A stretch of 64,000 nucleotides of DNA from an uncultured Verrucomicrobiae bacterium (lineage in GTDB: Bacteria > Verrucomicrobiota > Verrucomicrobiia > Chthoniobacterales > Chthoniobacteraceae). Below, in pieces: positions 8,701 to 17,958 of the stretch (position 1 is the stretch's first letter; every line of letters begins with the position of its first letter). The notes below the pieces were generated by a model, which did not search any database, was not told the origin of the DNA, and saw only the letters and a list, made by a program, of their open reading frames with translations. The stretch is from assembly GCA_963828525.1 (NCBI GenBank), contig CAWHEP010000008.1, positions 32,001 to 96,000 on the forward strand. The letters are read 5' to 3'. The position numbers and the translations under genes are program-made.

Positions 8701-10509
8701 TTAAGCCTTCTGCCCCTGCGGGATGAAATCAACGTCTGAACCAGGCACGCTATACTCGTAGGGGCCGCGGTGAACCTCTGGAGCTTCCAGGAAGTTGCCG
8801 TGTGGAGGAGGAGAGGGCGCCTGCCACTCCAATGTGGTGGCGTGCCAGGGATTATTTGAAACCTTCTTACCAAACCATATGCTCCAGAAGAAGTTGCAAA
8901 TGAAAGGCACCTGCGCGAGCGCGAGCAGCCAGGCAGACCAGGAAGTAAAGGCGTTCCAATGCAGCACCGGCTTTGCGAGGTCATAGGATGCGCCGCCATC
9001 GTACCAGCGACGATGCACTCCGGCCATCCCCTGCAGGAACATCGGCATGAAGATGCCGTTGATGAAAACCAAGGAGAACCAGAAATGCACCTTCCCCCAG
9101 AACTCGCTCATGGCGCGTCCGGTGGCCTTTGGGAACCAGTAATAAACTCCCGAGAAGATGGCGAAGATCGTGCCTGGCGCGACGATATAGTGAAAATGGG
9201 CAATGATGTAATAGGTATCGTGCAGGACAAGATCCACCGCGTTGAAAGCGAGAGGGATACCTGTGAGCCCACCGATACCGAACATCGGCATAAAGGCGGT
9301 AGCGAACAGCATGGGAACCGTGAATCGGATGGAACCGCCCCATAACGAAAGAAGGAGAGCAGTTAGAATGATCACGGAAGGAACCGAGATCAGGATTGTG
9401 GTCGTCTGGAAAAACGCGCTGACCCGAGCGCCCATGCCGGTCATATACATGTGGTGAGCCCAGACGATGAAAGAGAGGAATCCAATTGCGAGGATGGATG
9501 AAACCGCGGCCTTGTAACCCCAAAGCGGTTTACGCGTGTTATTTGCAACCACCTCCGCGACGATGCCCATTCCCGGAAGTATCAAGACGTAAACCTCAGG
9601 GTGAGCGAGGAACCAGAAGAGGTGCTGCCACAGGATCGGGCTACCGCCTCCGCTGATATTCACGATCTCACCATTGACGACCAGACCGGTTGGCAGGAAA
9701 AAACTCGTTCCCGCGACACGATCCATCAACTGCATGACGCTGGCCGCTTCCAAGGGAGGAAACGCGAGCAGAAGCAGGAAAGAGGTAACGAACTGCGCCC
9801 ACACGAAGAATGGAAGCCGCATCCAGGTAAGACCGGGAGCGCGCAACTGGATAATGGTTGTGATGAAGTTCACAGACCCAAGAAGAGAAGAACTGATGAG
9901 GAAGACCATGCCCAAGAGCCAGACTGTCTGGCCCGTGAAGAACATATTCGGAGCTCGGTCCGCGACGTCGGCGAGAGGCGCGTAAGAAGTCCACCCGCTC
10001 TTTGCCGCTCCGCCTGGCAGGAAGAAACTCAGGAGCATGATTACTCCGCCGACGAAGAAAGCCCAGTAGCTGGCCATGTTTATCTTCGGGAAAGTCATGT
10101 CCGGGGCGCCGATCTGCAGCGGCACGACAAAATTTCCGAATGCCGCGAAGGCAACTGGAACAATTCCAAGAAAGACCATGATCGTTCCATGCATGGCACC
10201 CAGCGAGTTATAAAACTCAGGTGTCATAATCCCCGCAGGCATCTCCTTAGGGAAGATCGAGGCGAGGAGGGGGCCTAAAACGGGAAGCGGCTGGCCGTTG
10301 TAGGCAAGCTGCCACCGCATCAACATCATCAGCGAAAAGCCGAAGAAGAGGAAAATGAGGCCGGTGATCCCGTATTGGACTCCAATGACCTTGTGATCGG
10401 TGGAGAAAACGTATTTGCGCCAAAATCCGAGTTCTTCATGATGCGCTTCGTGAGTATGAGAATGCGCGTCGTCGTGATGAACGTGAGAAGTGGTGGCGAT
10501 GGAATCCAT
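8701..10509 (-). CDS. coxA: Cytochrome c oxidase subunit I (family A)
   Basis: STDHK, AMHGT, DMTFP, AHPEVY, WAHH, HDTYYIIAHFHY. All six His ligands present. Confidence 0.97.
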   Translation of the reverse strand: MDSIATTSHVHHDDAHSHTHEAHHEELGFWRKYVFSTDHKVIGVQYGITGLIFLFFGFSLMMLMRWQLAYNGQPLPVLGPLLASIFPKEMPAGIMTPEFYNSLGAMHGTIMVFLGIVPVAFAAFGNFVVPLQIGAPDMTFPKINMASYWAFFVGGVIMLLSFFLPGGAAKSGWTSYAPLADVADRAPNMFFTGQTVWLLGMVFLISSSLLGSVNFITTIIQLRAPGLTWMRLPFFVWAQFVTSFLLLLAFPPLEAASVMQLMDRVAGTSFFLPTGLVVNGEIVNISGGGSPILWQHLFWFLAHPEVYVLILPGMGIVAEVVANNTRKPLWGYKAAVSSILAIGFLSFIVWAHHMYMTGMGARVSAFFQTTTILISVPSVIILTALLLSLWGGSIRFTVPMLFATAFMPMFGIGGLTGIPLAFNAVDLVLHDTYYIIAHFHYIVAPGTIFAIFSGVYYWFPKATGRAMSEFWGKVHFWFSLVFINGIFMPMFLQGMAGVHRRWYDGGASYDLAKPVLHWNAFTSWSAWLLALAQVPFICNFFWSIWFGKKVSNNPWHATTLEWQAPSPPPHGNFLEAPEVHRGPYEYSVPGSDVDFIPQGQKA

Positions 10510-10633
10510 TGGCTATTGAAGAATTTCTGTCTCGTCTCGTGTCAGATCGCACCGTGCCATAAAACAGAGGCTTGTTCAATGCGCTGAGCTCTTTTCATCA
10601 GGTTATACGGATCTGTTAGTAGAGTGGATTCCG

Positions 10634-11389
10634 CTACTTCGTGGTCTTCGCAGGCGCGGCTCCCGTTCCGGCCCCGCCTGGCAGCGTCGCGTCAGCGGGA
10701 ACAGCAAGAAGGTCGCTCTCCTTCCACGATTCAGGATGACCCGCGAACTCTTTCCGAGCGCCAGCTATTTGCTCAGGTGACACTTCGCCCGCCGAATTAC
10801 CCCAGGCCTGTCTCACGTAGGTGAGAACCTCCGCGATCTTGGCATCGTTTAGCTGCTTTTCCCATGCAGGCATGACTGCGGCGTTATACGTGGCGCCGAG
10901 AACCTTGACGGGCCCCTGCAACCCCTTCAGCAGAATCATCGAAAGCCTTTTTGGCGAGCCATTCACGTATTCCGATTTCGCGAGCGGGGGGAACTGTCCC
11001 GATATGCCCAAGCCCGTCTCCTGGTGACACGTGGCGCAATTAAGTTTGAAAACCTTTTGTCCGATCTGAACAGGTGTATCGGCCTGAGCCACTTCCCCAG
11101 ACCCCGCCTGAGAACCGGCTCCGTTCGCTCCGGGCATGGGGCGGGTGTACCAATCGAACACCGCGCCATCAAATCCTCCGTTATACATGCCCAGATAAAA
11201 CCCAGCGCAAAGAAGCGCCGCGCCACAAAGACTCAGCAGCCAGATTGGGACAGGAGTCGTGCCTTCGGCTGGCTCGCCACGCTCGCGACGAATCGCGGCG
11301 TGAACCTGGGTCACGTCGGCGGTCTCCACGTAGTCAATCGCGTCCGTGCGGTCTGTCGGGAGTTGCCCTGTCTCGTGCATATCGCTCAC
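10634..11389 (-). CDS. Membrane-anchored monoheme cytochrome c (CcoP-like N-terminus)
   Basis: PVPIWLL followed by a TM helix, CATCH, distal MPAW. Coupled to ccoO. Confidence 0.88.
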   Translation of the reverse strand: MSDMHETGQLPTDRTDAIDYVETADVTQVHAAIRRERGEPAEGTTPVPIWLLSLCGAALLCAGFYLGMYNGGFDGAVFDWYTRPMPGANGAGSQAGSGEVAQADTPVQIGQKVFKLNCATCHQETGLGISGQFPPLAKSEYVNGSPKRLSMILLKGLQGPVKVLGATYNAAVMPAWEKQLNDAKIAEVLTYVRQAWGNSAGEVSPEQIAGARKEFAGHPESWKESDLLAVPADATLPGGAGTGAAPAKTTK

Positions 11390-12024
11390 TTTGCCTTCTT
11401 TGTCTCCGGAGGCAGCGGAGCTTCTTTCAACGGATAGCCATGGTCAAGCGACAGAAGATAACCGACCAGCGCTTTGGCTTCGGCGGTGGGAACGATTTCA
11501 AATCCGGGTTTCGCAGCATCGCTGCCGCCAAGCTCCAGCGCATCGGCGGACCGCTGGCCGGAGATCTTTCGCGTCTCAAAGAGGAAACGGAAAGAAGGCA
11601 TGTTCGATTCCGGTGTCACACTGCGAGGATTGTAAAGGTGCCGGTAATGCCAATCGGCCACTTTGGATCTCTGCCCGATATTGGCAAGATCGGGACCGTT
11701 GCGCATCGTCCCGAGGAAGCAAGGGTCATCGTAGATGTAATCCCGGGCCACCGTTCTCCGGGTACCCCAACCCCGCTCCATGTCCGTCCCATCGAAAGAA
11801 CTGCGGATTTGTTGACTATGGCAATAAAAGCAACCCTCAGAAGCGTAAACACGCCGCCCCTGATCACTGATCCCCCCGATGTTCCACGGGGAGACGTCGC
11901 CGGTATCGGGATCCACTTGCGGCTGCATTGCGCCCATTTGGAACTGCGGGATCATCACCACACCCGCCCATCCCAAGGTGAACGTCGCAAAGATGCCGGC
12001 GAAAACAGACGGGAAAGTCTTCAA
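11386..12024 (-). CDS. ccoO: cbb3-type subunit II-like cytochrome c (CcoO/FixO)
   Basis: EGCFYCHSQQIR, GPDLANIG, HLYNPRSVTPESNMP. Confidence 0.9.
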   Translation of the reverse strand: MKTFPSVFAGIFATFTLGWAGVVMIPQFQMGAMQPQVDPDTGDVSPWNIGGISDQGRRVYASEGCFYCHSQQIRSSFDGTDMERGWGTRRTVARDYIYDDPCFLGTMRNGPDLANIGQRSKVADWHYRHLYNPRSVTPESNMPSFRFLFETRKISGQRSADALELGGSDAAKPGFEIVPTAEAKALVGYLLSLDHGYPLKEAPLPPETKKAK

Positions 12025-13488
12025 TGCTTATCTCCCTCCGAAACGAACAGGGTTGCCTGACCGGCCGGCTTGCCAAACCGAAGGATCATGAAAAGGAAAT
12101 TCGCCGCGAAGAAGGCGTGACCACCAAGAAGGATGATCCATGCGATCATTCGTCCGCGCATGTAGGGCTGTCCCATATCGATGACAGAGGTGAACGGCTG
12201 CGCGATATTATTCATGGACGAACCCTGCGCGAGACCCGCGAACAACATGAGAAGGATCATCAAACCGATCCCGTAACCCGACCCCCAGAAGTGCATGCGA
12301 ATCATGGTGGAGGAGAGCCATTCGCACCCGACCAATCGCGGCGCGATATAGTAGATTGCGCCGAACATGGTCATCGTGAAAAAAGCATAAACCCCCAGGT
12401 GCAATTGACCTGTGGAGAACTGGCTAAAATGAGTGACGCGGTCAACAGAGCGGAAGGAGCTGACGATTCCCAACACACCCGACAGAATGAAGGCCACCGC
12501 GCCGTAGAAGGTGAACCGAATCGCCGGGCTTCTATAAATCATGTTATATGAACCTCGCATGGTCATGGCAAAATTTACCGTGACCGTCGCCAGTGTCACA
12601 ACGGTCATGATGGAAGCTGCGATGCCGATAGTCGGCAGCCATACCGGGATCGGACCTCCCGTCAACCGTGTGCCACCCGTCCACGGGTAGAAAAGGGCAA
12701 ATGTCCAGAAGCCGATGGAGGCAAGATGATAACTGGCGACGGCGCGACCAGTGACTTTAGGAATGAAATAGTAAATAGAAGCGAGACCAATAGCCCCCAT
12801 CCAGAGATTGATGAGGTTCTGACCGTACCAAGCGGTGACAACGGATTGCATGACCCCTTTCACGTGAAGGACGGATATCATTAGGTTGGCCCACCGTACA
12901 GCCAGGGGAACCAGAAGAGCGCCCCGACCAGATACCAAAGGGATATATAGACGTGACCCGGGCGCCGGCTTTCAAACACCGCGACGCCCCAGACCGCGAT
13001 GAGCGAGTACGCGACGAAGAGGATCGTGACAGCATAGGAGGGGAACTCCAATAGCTCCGTCCCTGATTGCCCCCGGCTAGAATCCCAATCACGCCGGCAG
13101 TTACGCCGATGTTCCAGAAGATGCCGCCGAAAACAAGAAGAGCGGGACGACGGAGAGACACCCTGCAAAGCCGCACCATTAGCCAGATCAACGTTCCCAT
13201 TCCCGCAGGGCAAGCCCATCCATAAATCAAGGTGTCGATGTAGGCAGGCCATATCCGGCCATAGGTCAGGCAATGGATGCCAGCCAGAAACTCCGGCGCG
13301 AAGAGTTTGATGGAAGCAATAACTCCGAACAGAGAACTGAGAAGCAACCATGTGATGGCGGTGGTGTAGAAGAACAACACCGGGCCGCTTGCAGATTGAT
13401 CAATCAACGCGCGATCCACCTGCTCCATCTCAGCGGAAGAAAGGGTAACCGGGGGAATGGTTTTTGAAGGAGTCACCATAACGCTCAT
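12021..13488 (-). CDS. CcoN-like 12-TM protein lacking catalytic histidines (two apparent frameshifts)
   Basis: Joined from three frames with shifts near 13065 and 12895. CcoN-like segments LTYGRIWP, YISLWY, AWYGQN, YYFIPK, HFW. ATG at 13488 coupled to the upstream stop. Confidence 0.85.
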
Positions 13489-14113
13489 TTTTTTGGCTCG
13501 GGCGAGGGCGCTGGGGCGCTGGTTTGGCCGGGGGACGGCCCCACGGTGGCATTTTGAACGGGCATCGCCGGAGATGCCCAGTCCCACATTACAGCCTTTG
13601 GCCTTGGTGAAGGCGCGGGCGAATTGGCAGGTGGACGCGGATTGGCTGTGGGTGCGGCTGAAGGCGCGGGAACCGGTGACACAGAGGGTGAAGGCGCTCG
13701 CGCTGGCGTCGGTGCCTTGAGACTGGCTCCGCCAGAGGCTGACGGCGCGGGAGCCGGGGGGCGTCCGCAAGCCCCATTGGATATGGGACCTCGACAGTCT
13801 GATCTGAGGGGCGTGGCTTCTGCTGATTCAACTCTGTGGCAACCAGTTCCATTGCGCGCGCCACCGGAATCTGCACGGTGCCCTTCGCTTTGTCGATCCA
13901 CTTGTAGTCTTCGAGACGCGACTGATCCTCTTTGCGCAAGGCTGCAAGCTTGTCAGCCCGCTGCCGCGCGCGTTCCGCGTCGACGCCCTCGGACGAGATG
14001 CTCTGACGAAAAACAAAAACGACGAGAACAGCGAACGCGCAAAACAGGAAGACTCCTCCGAAGAAGGCAGGCCAGAAACGGGTCACCCGATGTTGAACAG
14101 GAATCAGCGCCAT
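13485..14113 (-). CDS. ActG-like single-TM subunit with Pro/Ala-rich tail (apparent frameshift near 13760)
   Basis: TM helix, then YKWIDKAKGTVQIPVARAMELV. Lies directly after actF. The tail continues in the 13485..13901 frame. Confidence 0.65.
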
Positions 14114-14114
14114 A

Positions 14115-15315
14115 CTAGTTCGTGAGGCCGACGGATTCCTGAAGGCGCGGATCGCGCACAGGGTAAAGGCTGTGGCGGCGCAGGGACTTGATAAAGAGGA
14201 TGCCCAGAATCGAACCAATCGCAGCAATAGCGCACAGATCCAGGATATGGGGCCGGAACCCTGTCTGGTGATACATGGGCATGATGATCACGTAAATATC
14301 CAGCATCTGCATCAACACCATCCAGGCCGCCACCATGCAGAGATGGCGGGGATTCTTCTTGATGCCTTGCATAAGAAGAAAGGCGAAAGGAACAAAAAAA
14401 CGGCCTACGACAAGGAAGATGCTGAGGGCATTCCACGAAGCGATATTGCGCCTGATGAAGTAGGAAATTTCCTCCGGCATGTTCGCATACCAGATCAGCA
14501 TGTATTGACTGAAGCCGATGTATGCCCAGAAGACGCAGAACGCCAGCATCAGCTTACCCATTATGTGGTAGTGCTCGACAGTGACATCCTTCAAATAACC
14601 CTTGGCCCGAAGGGCGGTGACTATCAGAACGAGGAGCGACATCGAACTCCCCGCAGCGCCCGCGAAGATGTACACGCCCCACATTGTCGAGAACCAGTGG
14701 TAATCAAGACCCATCAGCCAATCGAATGCCGCGAAGGTGAGAGACAGCGCGAAACAAGGTATCGCGGCGACCGCAACCTTGCGCATGCGGATGCTCTTTA
14801 GAGTGTTGCCGTCGCCATCCTGGCTGGTTGAAAGGCTCTTCAGCCAAGTCGAAAAGCCGCTGAAAACGAGGAAGTAGACGCAGGCGCGAAACAGGAAGAA
14901 GGAGTGATTGAGATAGCCGCGCTTGCCGTCAAGGATCGCGTCCGTTCCCAGCGGAACATCCCACCACCGGAACAGGAAATGGGCGGAGAGGAGAACAGGT
15001 ATCAAAAAGATGAATACCGACTGGCAACAACGACGCCACATTTTCGAGTATTCTCCTTACAACAACCGACCATGCGGCGTCGGTTGCATGATGCACCAGG
15101 ATCCAGAAAAGGGAGCCCGCGCAGAGCGTGAAGAAATAAACAAACGCGAAGAGCCAGGAGTAGGCGAACTGCTCGCGAGTAGCTGGAAGGACGGCGCCGA
15201 TCAAGCTCCCAAGGACACCAATCGCCGCGACGAGCGTCAGCAACAGCAACAAGCCGCCGGAGTGCTTCTCGTCATATATTTCCGGCTTATGAATAGAAAT
15301 CGCGTGGTCGCTCAT
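14115..15315 (-). CDS. actF: Alternative complex III subunit ActF (apparent frameshift near 15020)
   Basis: FAYSWL, WSVVVRRILE, FDWLMGLDYHWFSTMWG, FSQYMLIWYANMPEE. Confidence 0.9.
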
Positions 15316-16004
15316 GGCTTCACCCCTTTATCCAGCTGAGCGCGGAGAGAGTCCGGAACATCTGCTACCGAGGCGCGCTGGCTGCGTTCCAAGGCGCGGA
15401 TGTAAGCGATGATCGCCCAGCGGTCTTCGACGGCGACATTTCCTCCATAAGGGCCCATCTTGTTTTTGCCGTTGGTAATCGTGTTGAATATCTGGCCCTC
15501 CGGCATATCCCGAAGACGCTGATCAAGGAAACTTGCCACTCCGACCAGGTTATACTGAGTAACGATGCCGTTCGCGGCTCCCGTCGCCCCATGGCAAACG
15601 GCACAGTTGATATTGTAGCGGGCGCGTCCGCGAGCGAGAAGTCTGGCATTCACCTCCACAGGAAAACCCCGGCCATAAGTCGCCCCGATCTTTCCAGTGG
15701 CATAATAATCAGTCCCGTTACTGAATCCGCTCATCCTTTCGGCAACCCCGCTATTGCTGGCGCCGTTGGTGGAGTAATACCCCTTGAGGTTATATCCAAT
15801 CGGAACAGTTCCAGGCACCGGCGGGCGGGCCGCCCTGGAATCCGCGAAGAAGGCGCTGGTGTGTTGCGGGTCATACCTTGGCTGCCGAATCATGTCCGGA
15901 AAGATTTCGAGGGGCGGGCGCTCAAAGCGTTCACCCTGCCAGCCGAGGATGGCAACGAGAGCAATGGTGAAGAGCACCGTGGAGATGAAGAAATACTTCA
16001 GCAT
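15312..16004 (-). CDS. actE: Alternative complex III monoheme cytochrome c ActE
   Basis: PDMIRQP, RPPVPGTV, CAVCH, MGPYG, DRWAIIAYIRAL. Confidence 0.9.
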   Translation of the reverse strand: MLKYFFISTVLFTIALVAILGWQGERFERPPLEIFPDMIRQPRYDPQHTSAFFADSRAARPPVPGTVPIGYNLKGYYSTNGASNSGVAERMSGFSNGTDYYATGKIGATYGRGFPVEVNARLLARGRARYNINCAVCHGATGAANGIVTQYNLVGVASFLDQRLRDMPEGQIFNTITNGKNKMGPYGGNVAVEDRWAIIAYIRALERSQRASVADVPDSLRAQLDKGVKP

Positions 16005-16005
16005 G

Positions 16006-16551
16006 TCAGTCGTGAACAAGCGTGACGTGAGTGCCGCCAATTTCCTCAAGGAACTGACGGGTTCCCGCCTCCGAGAATCTGGGATCGCGCGCTTCAATCA
16101 CGAGGAAGAAGCCATCGTCGGTGGCGCGCGAGAATCGCTCCCAGTTGAAGATAGGATGGTACCATTTCGGCAATTGGTTAAAGACCAGAAGACCTCCGAC
16201 GCAGGCAAAGGCGGAGAAAAGCACGGTCAATTCGAAAAAGATCGGAAAAAAGGCCGGCACGGTGGCCCAGTTCACAGGCTTGCCATGCACAATAAGCTTG
16301 TACTCGATGGTGGAGGGATACATCGTCAACACGATGGCGGTCAGCAGACCTGTAATGCCGCCGCAGAGAACAACAGCACTAAGCCACGACTTTCCGAGCC
16401 CCATCGCCTTATCCATTCCGTGGATTGGGAATGGGGAATGAACATCCCACCGCTTGAACCCCTGGTCGCGGACCTTCTCAGCAGCGTTAAAGAGAGCGGC
16501 AGCGGTGGGGAACTCTGCCCCCAACCCGTAAACCTTGCGAAGCTCAGTCAT
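16006..16551 (-). CDS. actD: Alternative complex III subunit ActD (DUF3341)
   Basis: DVHSPFPIHGMD, GKP, FFPIFFELTVL, DDGFFLVIEARDP. Confidence 0.92.
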   Translation of the reverse strand: MTELRKVYGLGAEFPTAAALFNAAEKVRDQGFKRWDVHSPFPIHGMDKAMGLGKSWLSAVVLCGGITGLLTAIVLTMYPSTIEYKLIVHGKPVNWATVPAFFPIFFELTVLFSAFACVGGLLVFNQLPKWYHPIFNWERFSRATDDGFFLVIEARDPRFSEAGTRQFLEEIGGTHVTLVHD

Positions 16552-17958
16552 TTAATGACGCGCCTCCACCCCAACTTGGGAATCCGGCTCGTGATGGTGT
16601 GGGTCGGCGTAAGGAGAGACGAGCTTCACCTCCGACATAGCGATCATGGGCAGGTAGCGCATGAATATCAGGAATAGAGTCAGGAAGATCCCGAAGGTGC
16701 CAATGAAAGTCCAAATCTCGACCCAGCTTGGGTGGTACACATGCCACGCGGCTGGAAGAAAATCCTGCGCGAGGGAAGTGACGATGATGACAAAACGCTC
16801 AAACCACATTCCGGCATTCACGCACATGCAAACGAAATAGACGATGTACACATTCGACCGGCAATACTTGAACCAGAAGAGCTGCGGAGAAACGACGTTA
16901 CAGGAAATCATCGTCCAATAGTAGAGCTTGTAAGGGCCGAAAGCGCGGTGGAGAAAAGCGGATTTTTCGAACTCGTTACCGCCATACCAGGCTATGAAGA
17001 ACTCCATGCTGTAGGCGTAGCCAACGATCGACCCTGTGAGCAGAATGATTTTGCACATTTTGTCCACGTGGGCGGGCGTGATGACGTCGTGCAGCTTGTA
17101 GATGAAGCGCGCCGGCAGAAGGATGGTGAGAACCATCGCAAAGCCGCCAAAAATGGCGCCGGCGACAAAGTAAGGCGGGAAGATTGTCGTGTGCCACCCT
17201 GGCACCACGGACGTGGCGAAGTCGAAAGAGACAACACTGTGGACCGACAGAACCAGCGGCGTGGATAGGCCGGCGAGGATCAAATAGGCCATCTCATAGT
17301 GGCGCCACTGCCGGTTCGATCCGCGCCAACCCAAAGCAAACAGCCCGTAAAAGAATTTTTTGACGCGTGAAGTCGCTCGGTCGCGCAGAGTCGCGAGGTC
17401 AGGCACAAGGCCGGTGTACCAGAACAGAACAGAAACGGTAAAATAGGTGGAAACCGCGAACACGTCCCACAGAAGAGGGCTGCGGAAGTTGGGCCATATC
17501 GCGTATTGGTTCGGTATCGGCGCGAGAAACCACGCCATCCAGAAGCGACCTACGTGAATACCGGGGAAAATTCCCGCGCAAACGACCGCAAAGAGGGTCA
17601 TCGCCTCCGCTGACCGATTGATGGAGGTTCTCCACCGCTGCCGTGTCAGAAAGAGGATCGCAGAGATGAGCGTGCCGGCATGACCGATGCCGATCCAAAA
17701 CACGAAATTCGTAATGTCCCAAGCCCAGCCGACAGGGATGTTCTCCCCCCAGACGCCGACCCCCGTGGAGATTTGGTAACCGATGCAGAAAAGGCCAAAA
17801 AGCGCGATGGGGGACGTGATGCAGAATGCAACCCACCACCAAAACGGGGTGCGATCTTCGACAATGCCCGATATCCGATCAGTTACCCAGCCGAGTTTTC
17901 GATCGTTTAGTATGAGCGGGACCCGCTCTATGGAAGGACCTGTGGCAACCTCTGACAT
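16552..17958 (-). CDS. actC: Alternative complex III quinol-oxidising subunit ActC (NrfD family)
   Basis: [42 protein letters not shown]. Confidence 0.96.
   Translation of the reverse strand: MSEVATGPSIERVPLILNDRKLGWVTDRISGIVEDRTPFWWWVAFCITSPIALFGLFCIGYQISTGVGVWGENIPVGWAWDITNFVFWIGIGHAGTLISAILFLTRQRWRTSINRSAEAMTLFAVVCAGIFPGIHVGRFWMAWFLAPIPNQYAIWPNFRSPLLWDVFAVSTYFTVSVLFWYTGLVPDLATLRDRATSRVKKFFYGLFALGWRGSNRQWRHYEMAYLILAGLSTPLVLSVHSVVSFDFATSVVPGWHTTIFPPYFVAGAIFGGFAMVLTILLPARFIYKLHDVITPAHVDKMCKIILLTGSIVGYAYSMEFFIAWYGGNEFEKSAFLHRAFGPYKLYYWTMISCNVVSPQLFWFKYCRSNVYIVYFVCMCVNAGMWFERFVIIVTSLAQDFLPAAWHVYHPSWVEIWTFIGTFGIFLTLFLIFMRYLPMIAMSEVKLVSPYADPHHHEPDSQVGVEARH

Noticed and set aside
10545..10560. 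Sigma54 promoter (TGGCAC on the minus strand upstream of coxA)
   Set aside because: No TTGC at the -12 position.
11386..13488. Functional cbb3 oxidase
   Set aside because: CuB and heme ligands are missing in the CcoN-like protein.
14115..15315. actF as pseudogene or programmed frameshift
   Set aside because: A single indel in an otherwise intact operon, with similar indels across the window, points to sequencing error.
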